DNA of 64,000 nt, taken from an uncultured Acidobacteriota bacterium (GTDB taxonomy: Bacteria > Acidobacteriota > Terriglobia > Terriglobales > Acidobacteriaceae). The notes beneath the pieces were generated by a model. The model was not told the origin of the DNA, did not search any database, and saw nothing but the letters and a program-made list of their open reading frames with translations. Where the stretch lies: contig CAVWQT010000006.1 of assembly GCA_963757095.1 (NCBI GenBank), forward strand, positions 32,960-96,959, written 5' to 3'. Shown here one piece after another: positions 45,458-54,975 of this stretch (its first letter is position 1; each line of letters starts with the position of its first letter). The translations under genes were made by a program, and so were the position numbers.

Positions 45458-45523
45458 ACCACAGAGGGCACTGAGGATCACGGAGGAAAATCCTTTGCCT
45501 CTGTGATCCCGTGTGCCACTGTG
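45458..45523. repeat. Imperfect hairpin repeat of CACAGAGG/CACGGAGG ~10-nt units
   Basis: GACCACAGAGGGCACTGAGGATCACGGAGGA ... GCCTCTGTGATCCCGTGTGCCACTGTG. Confidence 0.65.
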
Positions 45524-45538
45524 TTTAAATGGTGGGCG

Positions 45539-45958
45539 ATGGCTGACATCAAGATTCGTGTACTGGTGGCGAAGCCCGGGCTGGATGGGCATGATCGCGG
45601 CGCCAAGGTAATTGCGCGGGCGCTGCGCGATGCCGGGATGGAAGTGATTTATACCGGGCTGCGGCAGACGCCGGAGATGATCGTGAATGCGGCGCTGCAG
45701 GAAGATGTGCAGGTGATTGGACTGTCGATTTTGTCCGGGGCGCATAATGCGATTGTTCCGCGCGTGATGGACCTGCTCAAACAGAACAAGATGGACGATG
45801 TGATCGTGGTGGTCGGCGGGATTATTCCGAACCAGGATATCGATGGACTGAAGCAGAAGGGCGTGGCGGCGATTTTTCAACCGGGCACGGCGATGGATGA
45901 CATCGTGCAGTATATTCGTAAGACCGTGAAGCAACCCGGAGTTCCCGCAGCCGGATAA
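45539..45958 (+). CDS. Cobalamin-binding domain protein (methylmalonyl-CoA mutase small-subunit / C-terminal-domain type)
   Basis: [38 protein letters not shown] (DxHxxG B12-binding motif). Start ATG 45539; the upstream part of the track ORF covers the repeat. Confidence 0.85.
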   Translation: MADIKIRVLVAKPGLDGHDRGAKVIARALRDAGMEVIYTGLRQTPEMIVNAALQEDVQVIGLSILSGAHNAIVPRVMDLLKQNKMDDVIVVVGGIIPNQDIDGLKQKGVAAIFQPGTAMDDIVQYIRKTVKQPGVPAAG

Positions 45959-46008
45959 TCGAAAATCTTCTACACATTTCTTACGGGCGCGTTCGCCGCG
46001 AACTCCCG

Positions 46009-46590
46009 ATGTTCAAATCAACCTTCCAGATTGACGATGCCCGGGGTGTGCGCATCGTGCGGCTGTGCTCCGAGGATGGCACGAACCGGCTTACGCGCGA
46101 CCTTGTCCAATCATTGGCGGATGCGGCGGAGCAGTGGAGGCAGGAACCGCTGCCACTCGTGATTACGGGGAATGCAAAGTTTTTCTCCGCAGGCGCGGAT
46201 CTTGAAGAAATTGTCGCGCTCGATGGGCCGAGCGCTCTGGAGTTTTCCAAGGTGGGGCAGCGACTGATGAGCGTCATCGGCGACTTCCCTGCCCCGGTGT
46301 ACGCCGCGATCTCGGGATACTGCATGGGCGGTGGCCTCGATCTGGCACTGGCCTGCCGCTATCGAATTGCATCGCCGCACGCGGTGCTGGGGCATCGTGG
46401 CGCGGCGCTGGGGTTGATCACGGGTTGGGGAGGGACGCAGCGCTTGCCGCGGCTGATTGGCAAAGCGCGGGCGCTGGAAATGTTTGTTGCAGCCGAGAAG
46501 GTTTCCGCAGCGCGTGCCATCAACATTGGACTGGTGGATGCGATCGCGGATGATCCGGTGGCCGAAGCGATTCGCCGGCTTACGGCATAA
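46009..46590 (+). CDS. Enoyl-CoA hydratase/isomerase-family protein (short)
   Basis: ..FFSAGADLEE.. and ..GYCMGGGLDLALAC.. (crotonase fold). 193 aa. Confidence 0.8.
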   Translation: MFKSTFQIDDARGVRIVRLCSEDGTNRLTRDLVQSLADAAEQWRQEPLPLVITGNAKFFSAGADLEEIVALDGPSALEFSKVGQRLMSVIGDFPAPVYAAISGYCMGGGLDLALACRYRIASPHAVLGHRGAALGLITGWGGTQRLPRLIGKARALEMFVAAEKVSAARAINIGLVDAIADDPVAEAIRRLTA

Positions 46591-46707
46591 CGGTGGCGAT
46601 GCGGCACGCTCTCCCCAACACTAGTTTGCGCGGTTTCGCTCCAGTGTTATACGGTAGTCAGGGCGCGTCTGAATGCTGACCGACGGGACGCGCGCCTGAT
46701 CCGACTC

Positions 46708-48417
46708 ATGGCTGATCGCAACGAATCTCCTACATTGAACGGGTCTTCCTCCGCCGACTTGCTGACCAGCAAGATCGATCCGACTTCGGCGCGCTTTGAA
46801 GCAAACATGCGCTTTCTGGCCGACTTGATGTCGCAGGTTCGGAATGAGGGCGAGAAGATTTGCGAGGGCGGCGGGACCAAGGCGGTTGAGAGCCAGCACG
46901 GCAAGGGACGTCTGACGGCGCGTGAGCGTGTTGGGAAGCTGGTCGATCCCGGAAGCTTTTTTGAGCTGGGCCAATACGCGGCATACGGCATGTACGAGGA
47001 GTGGGGCGGGGCCGCGGCGGCCGGCGTGATCACCGGCATGGCGCGGATTCACACGCGGATGGTGATGATCATCGCCAACGACGCGACGGTGAAGGCGGGC
47101 GCATTTTTTCCGATGACCGCGAAAAAGGTGATTCGCGCCCAGAACATCGCCATCGAGAATCGCATTCCGACAATTTATCTGGTCGATTCGGCCGGCGTTT
47201 TCTTGCCGCTGCAGGAAGACGTGTTTCCTGACACCGACGATTTCGGGCGCGTGTTTCGCAATAACGCGGTGATGTCGGCGATGGGCATTCCGCAGATTGC
47301 GGCGATTATGGGCATGTGCGTGGCTGGCGGCGGATATTTGCCGGTGATGTGCGATCACGTGCTGATGACGGATGGCAGTGGATTGTTTCTGGCTGGGCCG
47401 GCGCTGGTGCAGGCGGCGATTGGACAGAAAGTTTCGGCGGAAGAGTTGGGTGGGGCGGTGATGCATTCGGCGATCAGCGGCACAGTGGATTTTCGCGAAC
47501 CGAATGATGAGGCCTGCATCGCGCGAATTCGATTGATTGTGGAGAAGTGGGGATACCGGCGGCTCTCGCCGTGGGATCGCAAGAAGCCGATTGAGCCGGT
47601 GCTGGCGGTCGAGGAAATTTACGGCATTTACGATTCGTCTCCGGCGCGTCCGTATGACATGAAGGAAGTGCTGGGGCGCGTGCTCGATGGCAGCCGCCTC
47701 GAGGAGTACAAGCCGGAGTATGGCAAGACGCTGGTGTGCGGCTATGGACGGATTGGCGGCTTCGCTGTGGGGATCGTGGCGAATCAGAAATTGCACGCGC
47801 AGCAGACCGACCACGAAGGCCACAAGCGACTGGAATTTGGCGGCGTCATCTATACCGAGTCGGCGGAGAAGGCAGCGCGGTTCATTATGGACTGCAACCA
47901 GAACTTGATTCCGCTGGTCTTTTTTCATGACGTGAATGGATTCATGGTGGGGCGCGATGCCGAGTGGAGCGGCATCATCAAGGCGGGCGCGAAGATGGTG
48001 AACGCCGTGGCAAATTCCGTGGTGCCGAAGATTACGGTCATCGTTGGCGGATCATTCGGCGCGGGACATTATGCGATGTGCGGGAAGGCGTACGATCCGC
48101 GATTTGTGTTTGCCTGGCCGACTGCGCGCTACGCGGTGATGGGCGGCGATTCGGCGGCGGGAACGCTGGTTGAGATCAAGGTGAAGCAACTGGAGCGTGG
48201 CGGCCAGAAGCTGAGCGAAGAGGAGCGTAAGGAACTCTACGAATCGGTGAAGCGGACTTACGACGAGCAGACGGATCCGCGTTACGGCGCGGCTCGTTTG
48301 TGGATCGATAAGATCATCGATCCGATTGAGACGCGCGAGGCGATTACGCAGGCGCTGGAAGCGGCGGCGCTGAATCCGGATGTGGCTGAGTTCAAAGTTG
48401 GAGTGCTGCAGACGTAA
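46708..48417 (+). CDS. Acyl-CoA carboxylase carboxyltransferase (beta) subunit, methylcrotonyl-CoA carboxylase-like
   Basis: 569 aa with carboxyltransferase patterns (..ANDATVKAGAFFP.., ..GGSFGAGHYAMCG..). Neighbours are an HMG-CoA lyase and an enoyl-CoA hydratase. Confidence 0.88.
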   Translation: MADRNESPTLNGSSSADLLTSKIDPTSARFEANMRFLADLMSQVRNEGEKICEGGGTKAVESQHGKGRLTARERVGKLVDPGSFFELGQYAAYGMYEEWGGAAAAGVITGMARIHTRMVMIIANDATVKAGAFFPMTAKKVIRAQNIAIENRIPTIYLVDSAGVFLPLQEDVFPDTDDFGRVFRNNAVMSAMGIPQIAAIMGMCVAGGGYLPVMCDHVLMTDGSGLFLAGPALVQAAIGQKVSAEELGGAVMHSAISGTVDFREPNDEACIARIRLIVEKWGYRRLSPWDRKKPIEPVLAVEEIYGIYDSSPARPYDMKEVLGRVLDGSRLEEYKPEYGKTLVCGYGRIGGFAVGIVANQKLHAQQTDHEGHKRLEFGGVIYTESAEKAARFIMDCNQNLIPLVFFHDVNGFMVGRDAEWSGIIKAGAKMVNAVANSVVPKITVIVGGSFGAGHYAMCGKAYDPRFVFAWPTARYAVMGGDSAAGTLVEIKVKQLERGGQKLSEEERKELYESVKRTYDEQTDPRYGAARLWIDKIIDPIETREAITQALEAAALNPDVAEFKVGVLQT

Positions 48418-48427
48418 GTCAACTTCT

Positions 48428-48462
48428 GGCCACGGATTTACGCGGATTTACACGGATGAAGG
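48428..48462. repeat. Tandem CACGGATTTA-type units (single arm)
   Basis: GGCCACGGATTTACGCGGATTTACACGGATGAAGG. Same unit as at 15207. Confidence 0.65.
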
Positions 48463-48474
48463 GCTAACTGCTAA

Positions 48475-49359
48475 ATGCCAATGGCTGATCTGGTCAAATT
48501 GATTGAATGTCCGCGCGATGCCTGGCAGGGGCTGGCGGGGATGATCCCTGCCGATCTGAAGTCGGATTATCTGAAAGCTTTGATCAGCGCGGGATTCAAG
48601 CACATCGATGCGGTGTCGTTCGTGTCGCCGAAGGCCATTCCGCAGACGGCGGATTCGGAGGAAGTGCTGAAGGAACTTGATCCGCCGGATGATGTGGAGA
48701 TCATCGGCATTGTGGTCAATGAAAAAGGCGCGCAGCGGGCGATCGACACGCAGGCCGTCTCCACGCTCGGATTTCCGTATTCCATTTCAGAGACGTTTCT
48801 GCGCAAGAATCAGAACCAGTCTCCTGAGGACGCGCTTGAGGAATTGGAGAAGATTCAAAAGAAGGCCGACGATGCGAGGCTGGATGTCGTCGTGTACATT
48901 TCGATGGCATTCGGCAATCCGTATGGCGATGTGTGGAGCGTAGACGAGGTCGTCGAGGCGATCGGGTTGCTGGAAGTGGAGAATCTGCAGACGATTTCAC
49001 TCGCCGACACGGTCGGCATGGCCAGCCCCGAGCAGATTCGCGAAGTGGTGGGTGCGGTGATGGAGCACTACGACTATCTCGATATCGGCGTGCACCTGCA
49101 CAGCCGGCCCGATCAGGCCGCGGAAAAGATTTTGGCGGCTTACGACGCGGGTTGCCGGAGATTTGATTCGGCGATCGGAGGGTTGGGTGGATGTCCGTTC
49201 GCACAGGACGCGCTCGTGGGAAATATTGCGACTGAGAAGGTGATTGAGACGCTTCGGCAGCGCGGCGCGCAGTTACCGGAGTTGAAGCCTCTGGACACTC
49301 TGGTGCGAGCGACTGCCGGAATTGCCGCGAAGTATTCGAATTCGCAGGCTGCAGATTGA
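48475..49359 (+). CDS. Hydroxymethylglutaryl-CoA lyase
   Basis: ..IECPRDAWQG.. and ..ISLADTVGMA..GVHLH...GGLGGCPFA (HMGL-like). Confidence 0.88.
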   Translation: MPMADLVKLIECPRDAWQGLAGMIPADLKSDYLKALISAGFKHIDAVSFVSPKAIPQTADSEEVLKELDPPDDVEIIGIVVNEKGAQRAIDTQAVSTLGFPYSISETFLRKNQNQSPEDALEELEKIQKKADDARLDVVVYISMAFGNPYGDVWSVDEVVEAIGLLEVENLQTISLADTVGMASPEQIREVVGAVMEHYDYLDIGVHLHSRPDQAAEKILAAYDAGCRRFDSAIGGLGGCPFAQDALVGNIATEKVIETLRQRGAQLPELKPLDTLVRATAGIAAKYSNSQAAD

Positions 49360-49365
49360 AACCAG

Positions 49366-50148
49366 ATGAGCTATAGCACGATACAACTCGCATACGACGG
49401 CGGCGTGGCCACGATCACGCTGAACCGTCCGGAGAAGCGCAACGCCATCAGCTTCGATCTGATTGATGACCTGTTGCGCGCGCTGGAGGAAGTGGCGAAG
49501 AGCGACGCGATCATTCTGATCCTGACCGGCGCGGGCAAAGCATTTTGCTCCGGCATGGATTTGGAGAATCTGAAGGCGCTGCTGGGGCGCACGGCCGAAC
49601 AGAATCTGGAAGACACACGGACCATGGTTCGGCTGTTTCGGGCGGTCTACGAATTTCCGAAGGTGACGATTGCCGCCGTGAATGGCCCGGCCATCGCGGG
49701 TGGAACCGGGCTGGCGTTGCTGTGCGACTTCACGCTCGCCGTGCCGGAAGCCAAGTTTGGATACACTGAAGTGCGCATCGGATTTGTGCCGGCGATTGTT
49801 TCCACGTTTCTGCTGCGGCAGGTGGGAGAAAAGCAGGCGCGCGATCTGCTGCTGACGGGAAGGATTTTCGGCGCCGAAGAAGCAGTGCGACTTGGACTGG
49901 TGAATGAAATCGTGCCTCCCGAAAAGCTGATGTCCCGGGCGCGCGAATTAGCCGCGCTGTTAATGGAGAACAGCACTGCCTCGCTGCGGGCGACGAAGAA
50001 ATTGCTGACCGATCATGCGCGCGCGGAAGTGGACGTGCAGATCGAGGCGGCGGTGCGCGAGAATGCAGCGATCCGGAGCACAGCCGACTTCCGCGAGGGA
50101 ATTTCTTCGTTCCTGGAAAAACGTAAACCAGTGTGGACGGGCAAATGA
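49366..50148 (+). CDS. Enoyl-CoA hydratase (methylglutaconyl-CoA hydratase-like)
   Basis: 260 aa with ..FCSGMDLE.. and ..AAVNGPAIAGGTGLALLCD... Confidence 0.85.
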   Translation: MSYSTIQLAYDGGVATITLNRPEKRNAISFDLIDDLLRALEEVAKSDAIILILTGAGKAFCSGMDLENLKALLGRTAEQNLEDTRTMVRLFRAVYEFPKVTIAAVNGPAIAGGTGLALLCDFTLAVPEAKFGYTEVRIGFVPAIVSTFLLRQVGEKQARDLLLTGRIFGAEEAVRLGLVNEIVPPEKLMSRARELAALLMENSTASLRATKKLLTDHARAEVDVQIEAAVRENAAIRSTADFREGISSFLEKRKPVWTGK

Positions 50149-50573
50149 GTTCGAACGGTCATCACGTGAACGAAACGCGAGTGCGGGTCCGCTACGCGGA
50201 GACCGATCAGATGGGCGTGGTTTATCACTCGAACCATCTGATCTGGTTTGAAGTGGGACGGGTTGAGTTCATGCGGGAAATGGGATTTTTGTACCGCGAT
50301 ATGGAACGCGAGGACGGGCGGTTTATCGCGGTCGCCGAGGTGACGTGCCGGTATCGGGCTCCGGTGTATTACGACCAGGAAGTGATCGTGCGAACGCATC
50401 TGAAGAGCGTGCGCGAATCCGTGGTGATGTTCGGCTACGAACTGCTGCGAGCCGAAGATGGCGTGCTGGTGGCCGAAGGGGAGACGACGCACATCGTCAC
50501 CGATTCGAATATGAAGATCGCGGCGTTGCCGGAAAAATATCTAACGGCATTTCGCGCCGCGGTCGGAAAATAA
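50145..50573 (+). CDS. Acyl-CoA thioesterase (YbgC/4HBT family)
   Basis: ..VRVRYAETDQMGVVYHSNHLIWFE.. (hot-dog fold). The ATG overlaps the preceding stop (ATGA). Confidence 0.85.
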   Translation: MSSNGHHVNETRVRVRYAETDQMGVVYHSNHLIWFEVGRVEFMREMGFLYRDMEREDGRFIAVAEVTCRYRAPVYYDQEVIVRTHLKSVRESVVMFGYELLRAEDGVLVAEGETTHIVTDSNMKIAALPEKYLTAFRAAVGK

Positions 50574-50609
50574 TCTAGTCGAACAATTATTAGTCCCAGG
50601 ACCTTCTTC

Positions 50610-52145
50610 TTGAACGCACTTCATATCAGTGGCAACGATTTAACGCTGGAAGCGGTTCGCGAAGTTGCGGACATCAATGCGCGGCGGGCCGTATTGCTGT
50701 CGGCCGATGCGCGCGAACTGGTCAATCAGGCGCGGGCAGTGGTCGACGAGATTGTCGCCAGCAACAAGCTCGCGTATGCGATTACAACCGGCGTGGGCAA
50801 GTTAAGCGATGTGCGGATCGCGGGCGACCAGATTCGCGAACTGCAGGTGAACCTGGTGCGCTCGCATGCGGTGGGCGTGGGCGAACCGCTTTCCGTTGCA
50901 GAGACTCGCGCCATGATGTTGCTGCGGGCGAATTCGCTGGCTAAGGGCCATTCGGGCGTGCGGGCCATCGTGATCGATACGCTCTGCGAGATGCTCAACC
51001 GCGGCGTGACCCCGGTGATCCCGTCACAAGGCAGCGTGGGGGCTAGCGGCGATCTGGCGCCGCTGGCGCATCTGGCACTGGCGCTGATTGGCGAAGGCGA
51101 ATGTTTCGACGAGAAGGGCGCACACAAGATCAGCTCGCAGGCACTCAGCCAGGCACAAATCAAGCCGCTGGTTTTGGAAGCGAAGGAAACCATTTCGCTG
51201 ATCAACGGCACCCAGGCGATGCTGGCTTCAGGAACGCTTTCGCTGCTGGCAGCGGAAACGCTGGCGGACTCGGCGGATGTGCTCGGTGGACTTTGCTGCG
51301 ATGCGCTGAAGGGCACGGACACGGCGTTTGACGAGCGCATTCACAAGGCACGCCCGCATCGCGGGCAGGTGAAGGTTGCGGCCAATCTGCGCCGCATGCT
51401 GGAAGGCAGCCAGATTCGCGAGTCGCATCGCGCTTGCGGACGCGTGCAGGATGCGTATTCGCTGCGCTGTATTCCTCAAGTGCACGGCGCGGTGCGCGAC
51501 ACGCTGGCTCATTGCCGCGAAATCTTCGAGACTGAGGCTAACTCCGCCGTTGATAATCCGCTGGTGTTCATTACGGATGCGAAGAATCTTGCCGGCGACG
51601 TGATCTCCGGCGGGAACTTTCATGGGGAACCGCTGGCGTTTGCCTTGGATTTTCTCGCCATCGGACTGAGTGCACTTGCCGGCATCAGCGAGCGGCGCAT
51701 TGAACGGCTGGTGAATCCCGCGCTCAGCGAGGGTTTGCCACCATTTCTGGCTCCGGGGGCCGGGTTGAATTCCGGATTCATGATGCCGCAAGTCACGGCC
51801 GCGGCTCTGGTCAGTGAGAATAAGGTGCTGGCGCACCCGGCCTCGGTGGATTCGATCACGACCTCGGGCAACAAGGAAGATTACGTTTCCATGGGAATGA
51901 CGGCGGCGCTCAAACTCAAGCGCATCGTCGAGAATACGCGGACTGTTCTGGCGATTGAAGCCATGGCGGTTGCCCAGGCATTGGATTTTCTTGCGCCCCT
52001 GAAAACTTCGCAGCGCGGACAGGCGGCGCATGCGGCGATTCGCTCAGTGTGTGCGACGATGGAGAAGGACCGCGTGATGTACAACGACTTCGCACGGCTC
52101 TCGGCTTTAATCGCGAGCGGGAAACTGGCCGAAATCTTGCGCTAG
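50610..52145 (+). CDS. hutH: Histidine ammonia-lyase
   Basis: 511 aa containing GSVGASGDLAPLAHL (MIO-forming ASG motif). TTG start. Confidence 0.93.
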   Translation: MNALHISGNDLTLEAVREVADINARRAVLLSADARELVNQARAVVDEIVASNKLAYAITTGVGKLSDVRIAGDQIRELQVNLVRSHAVGVGEPLSVAETRAMMLLRANSLAKGHSGVRAIVIDTLCEMLNRGVTPVIPSQGSVGASGDLAPLAHLALALIGEGECFDEKGAHKISSQALSQAQIKPLVLEAKETISLINGTQAMLASGTLSLLAAETLADSADVLGGLCCDALKGTDTAFDERIHKARPHRGQVKVAANLRRMLEGSQIRESHRACGRVQDAYSLRCIPQVHGAVRDTLAHCREIFETEANSAVDNPLVFITDAKNLAGDVISGGNFHGEPLAFALDFLAIGLSALAGISERRIERLVNPALSEGLPPFLAPGAGLNSGFMMPQVTAAALVSENKVLAHPASVDSITTSGNKEDYVSMGMTAALKLKRIVENTRTVLAIEAMAVAQALDFLAPLKTSQRGQAAHAAIRSVCATMEKDRVMYNDFARLSALIASGKLAEILR

Positions 52146-52175
52146 CATAATCGTCTTCGCAAACTCTTCCTGAAT

Positions 52176-52589
52176 ATGAAAACGCTTACGGAATATCTGA
52201 AATTTCATACCAAGACGCATCGCGCTTACGTTCACATCACGCCGCAGGTCGAAGAAATCGTCCGCAAGAGCGGGGTCAAGGAAGGCATGGTGCTGATTTC
52301 GGCCATGCACATCACGGCGGGCGTGTATGTGAATGACAACGAGAGCGGATTAATTGAGGACATCGATCAATGGCTCGAACATCTCGCTCCGTTTCGCAAA
52401 GACTACAAGCATCATGAAACGGGCGAGGACAACGGCGATTCGCACCTGAAGGCGCTGCTGATTCATCACGAGGTGATTGTGCCCATCACTGCGGGCAAAC
52501 TTGATCTGGGCACGTGGCAGCGGATTTTCTATGCCGAGTTCGATGGCCAGCGCGATAAACGAGTGATCGTGAAAGTCATGGGAGAGTGA
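52176..52589 (+). CDS. yjbQ: YjbQ/UPF0047-family protein (secondary thiamine-phosphate synthase enzyme)
   Basis: ..[43 protein letters not shown]... Confidence 0.85.
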   Translation: MKTLTEYLKFHTKTHRAYVHITPQVEEIVRKSGVKEGMVLISAMHITAGVYVNDNESGLIEDIDQWLEHLAPFRKDYKHHETGEDNGDSHLKALLIHHEVIVPITAGKLDLGTWQRIFYAEFDGQRDKRVIVKVMGE

Positions 52590-52593
52590 TTAA

Positions 52594-53136
52594 GTGTCGG
52601 AAGAGTTGACCGAATTACAAGAACACGCGGAACATGCCAAGCACGATCCCAGCCTTGTCCCGGTTTCGGTAACCATGGCGGTGCTGGCTGTGCTGGTTGC
52701 GGTAGTCTCATTGCTGGGACACCGAGCGCACACAGAAGAAGTCGTGCTGCAGGCCAAGTCGTCGGATCAGTGGGCCTATTATCAGGCGAAGAATATCCGG
52801 AGGCATACGGATGAGATGTTCACCGATCTGACTTCGGTACAGGCGACAACGGACGCGGCGCTGCTGGCTCAGTTGCGCAAGAAGTATGCAGACGAGGCTA
52901 CCCGCTACAAGGATGAGCAGAAAGAGATCGAAGACAAGGCCCGCGAGTTAGAGAACGAAGTGAGCAGTGAACGAAATCGGGCTGACCGGTTCGATCTGGC
53001 AGAGGTCTTCCTTGAAATCGGATTAGTGATCACCTCGATCACTTTGCTTTCCGGACGTCGGATATTCTGGCTAGGTGGAATGGGGCTGGGAGTGATCGGC
53101 CTGATTGTCGCCTGCACCGGTTTTCTCGTGCACTAA
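52594..53136 (+). CDS. DUF4337-like membrane protein
   Basis: 180 aa with an N-terminal His/Glu-rich segment, a TM, a coiled-coil segment (QWAYYQAKNIR..) and a C-terminal TM pair. GTG start. Confidence 0.7.
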   Translation: MSEELTELQEHAEHAKHDPSLVPVSVTMAVLAVLVAVVSLLGHRAHTEEVVLQAKSSDQWAYYQAKNIRRHTDEMFTDLTSVQATTDAALLAQLRKKYADEATRYKDEQKEIEDKARELENEVSSERNRADRFDLAEVFLEIGLVITSITLLSGRRIFWLGGMGLGVIGLIVACTGFLVH

Positions 53137-54912
53137 TTTCCTGCAGTTCCGGCCGAAGAACCAGCCAATCTCCTTCTTCTCTGGTTGCCCCTTCAGCGCA
53201 AGGAATGGCCCGATCGCGAGCGCATCCATGCGCGTGCGTTGAAAGCAGGCAATGGCTTCCTCCGGAGTGCATACGATCGGCTCGTTTTCGTTGAAGCTGG
53301 TGTTCAGAATGACAGGGATGCCGGTCTTTCGGTGAAAGGCGGAGATCAGGTCGTAGTACATCGGATTTTCTTCGCGCGTGACCGTTTGCAGGCGGCCAGT
53401 GTCGTCGACGTGGTTCACCGCGCATAGCAGGCTGCGCTTCTCCGGCCGGATTTTATAAACGTGCAGCATGAAGGGCGAGGGATGATCGTGCTCAAAATAT
53501 TCGTGCTGATACTCGGCGAGGATCGATGGGGCAAAGGGGCGAAACCATTCGCGGTGCTTGATGCGCGCGTTGAGAATTTCTTTCATGTTGGGCAGGCCGG
53601 GATGTGCCACGATGGAACGGTTGCCCAGCGCGCGCGGGCCCCATTCCATGCGGCCCTGGAACCACCCGACCACGTTCCCGGCGGCGATTTGCTCCGCTAC
53701 TTCGTCGAGAAAAGCATCGTGCTCGAGTTTGCGAGATTGTAACCCGGCATTCTGCAAGGCTGATTGGATACGCGAGTCCGAAAACTCCGGACCGAGATAA
53801 GACTTTCTCAGTTCATGGCGACGGGGCTGCTTGAGAACCGAATGATAGGTATGCAGAGCAGCGCCGATGGCCAAGCCTTCGTCTCCCGCAGCGGGCTGAA
53901 TGTAAGTACTGCGAAATGGAGTCTGGTCAAAGATCTTGCCGTTGGCAACGCTGTTGAGGGCGCAGCCTCCAGCCGTGGCAAGATCATCGAGCGGCACGCG
54001 TCCATGCAGTTGGTTGAGGAGATGAAAGAAGATTTCTTCGAAACGATGCTGGAGCGCGAAGGCAAGCTCTTTGTCCCGCTGGGTAATTTCCGCATGCAGG
54101 CGACGAGGCTCGCCGAACAATTTCTCCATGCGATCGGAGAAATGACGCGCTAATCGCACCGTGCCATCCGGCAGAATTTGCATGCCTTGATTGCTGCCCA
54201 GCGGTTTGAAGTAGCTGAGGTCGAGGTGAAACCCGCCATTCTTTGGAGTTACGATGTTGCTGATCTGTTCAGCGAGCGCGCCCGTTCCGTAGGGAGCGAG
54301 ACCCATTACCTTGCCTTCGTCGCCGTATTGGGTGTAGCCGATGAACTCGCAGATCATGCTGTAGAAGCTGCCCAGCGAGTGCGGGAGAAACACGCGGTCG
54401 AGCACTTCAATTTCGTTGCCTTCGCAGCGGGCCATCATGGTGGAGACGAAATCGCCGGAGCCGTCGTAACTGAAGCCGGCGGCCTTTTCCCAGGGCGAAC
54501 AGTAGTACGCGCTGGCAATGTGGGCGATGTGATGTTCGAGGTGATGCTCCTGAAACCGAAGCGCGGCCGTTTCAACATCGAGTGCCTTCGCCAAGAGCGA
54601 ACGCACATCGCGCATGGCTTCTTTTCTTTGACGAAGGCGGATAAAATTCAGAATTTTGGCAGGATTCGCGAGCGCATATTGAACTTTCTTCGTGAGATTC
54701 GCGTCGCTGTCCTGACCGACGGCAACATGTTCCACGTCAGAAATCTTCGCGCCTACCGCGTCCAGGCATGCCTTCACGGCCAGCGCAGGGAATCCACCGA
54801 AATGTTTATGGCGGTTGAGTCGCTCCTCAGCGATGGCAAATTTCACTTCGCCATCGAGGAGAATGGCTGCCGATGCGTCGGCGTGAAACATGTTTAGGCC
54901 CAAAATGAGCAT
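53071..54912 (-). CDS. Carbamoyltransferase (NodU/CmcH family)
   Basis: MLILGLNMFHADASAAILLDGEVKFAIAEERLNRHKH.. and ..GPRALGNRSI...FRPFAPS..VLNTSFN... 613 aa. Confidence 0.9.
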   Translation of the reverse strand: MLILGLNMFHADASAAILLDGEVKFAIAEERLNRHKHFGGFPALAVKACLDAVGAKISDVEHVAVGQDSDANLTKKVQYALANPAKILNFIRLRQRKEAMRDVRSLLAKALDVETAALRFQEHHLEHHIAHIASAYYCSPWEKAAGFSYDGSGDFVSTMMARCEGNEIEVLDRVFLPHSLGSFYSMICEFIGYTQYGDEGKVMGLAPYGTGALAEQISNIVTPKNGGFHLDLSYFKPLGSNQGMQILPDGTVRLARHFSDRMEKLFGEPRRLHAEITQRDKELAFALQHRFEEIFFHLLNQLHGRVPLDDLATAGGCALNSVANGKIFDQTPFRSTYIQPAAGDEGLAIGAALHTYHSVLKQPRRHELRKSYLGPEFSDSRIQSALQNAGLQSRKLEHDAFLDEVAEQIAAGNVVGWFQGRMEWGPRALGNRSIVAHPGLPNMKEILNARIKHREWFRPFAPSILAEYQHEYFEHDHPSPFMLHVYKIRPEKRSLLCAVNHVDDTGRLQTVTREENPMYYDLISAFHRKTGIPVILNTSFNENEPIVCTPEEAIACFQRTRMDALAIGPFLALKGQPEKKEIGWFFGRNCRKLVHEKTGAGDNQADHSQPHST

Positions 54913-54975
54913 GAACTAACGTCTTCTCCCATGGATTGCAATTCGGCGGATCATTCCACTCTGAGGTTGGTGGCG

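Noticed and set aside
46621-47928. 435-aa minus-strand ORF
   Set aside because: Antisense to the carboxyltransferase beta subunit, with an Arg/His-rich composition and no motif.
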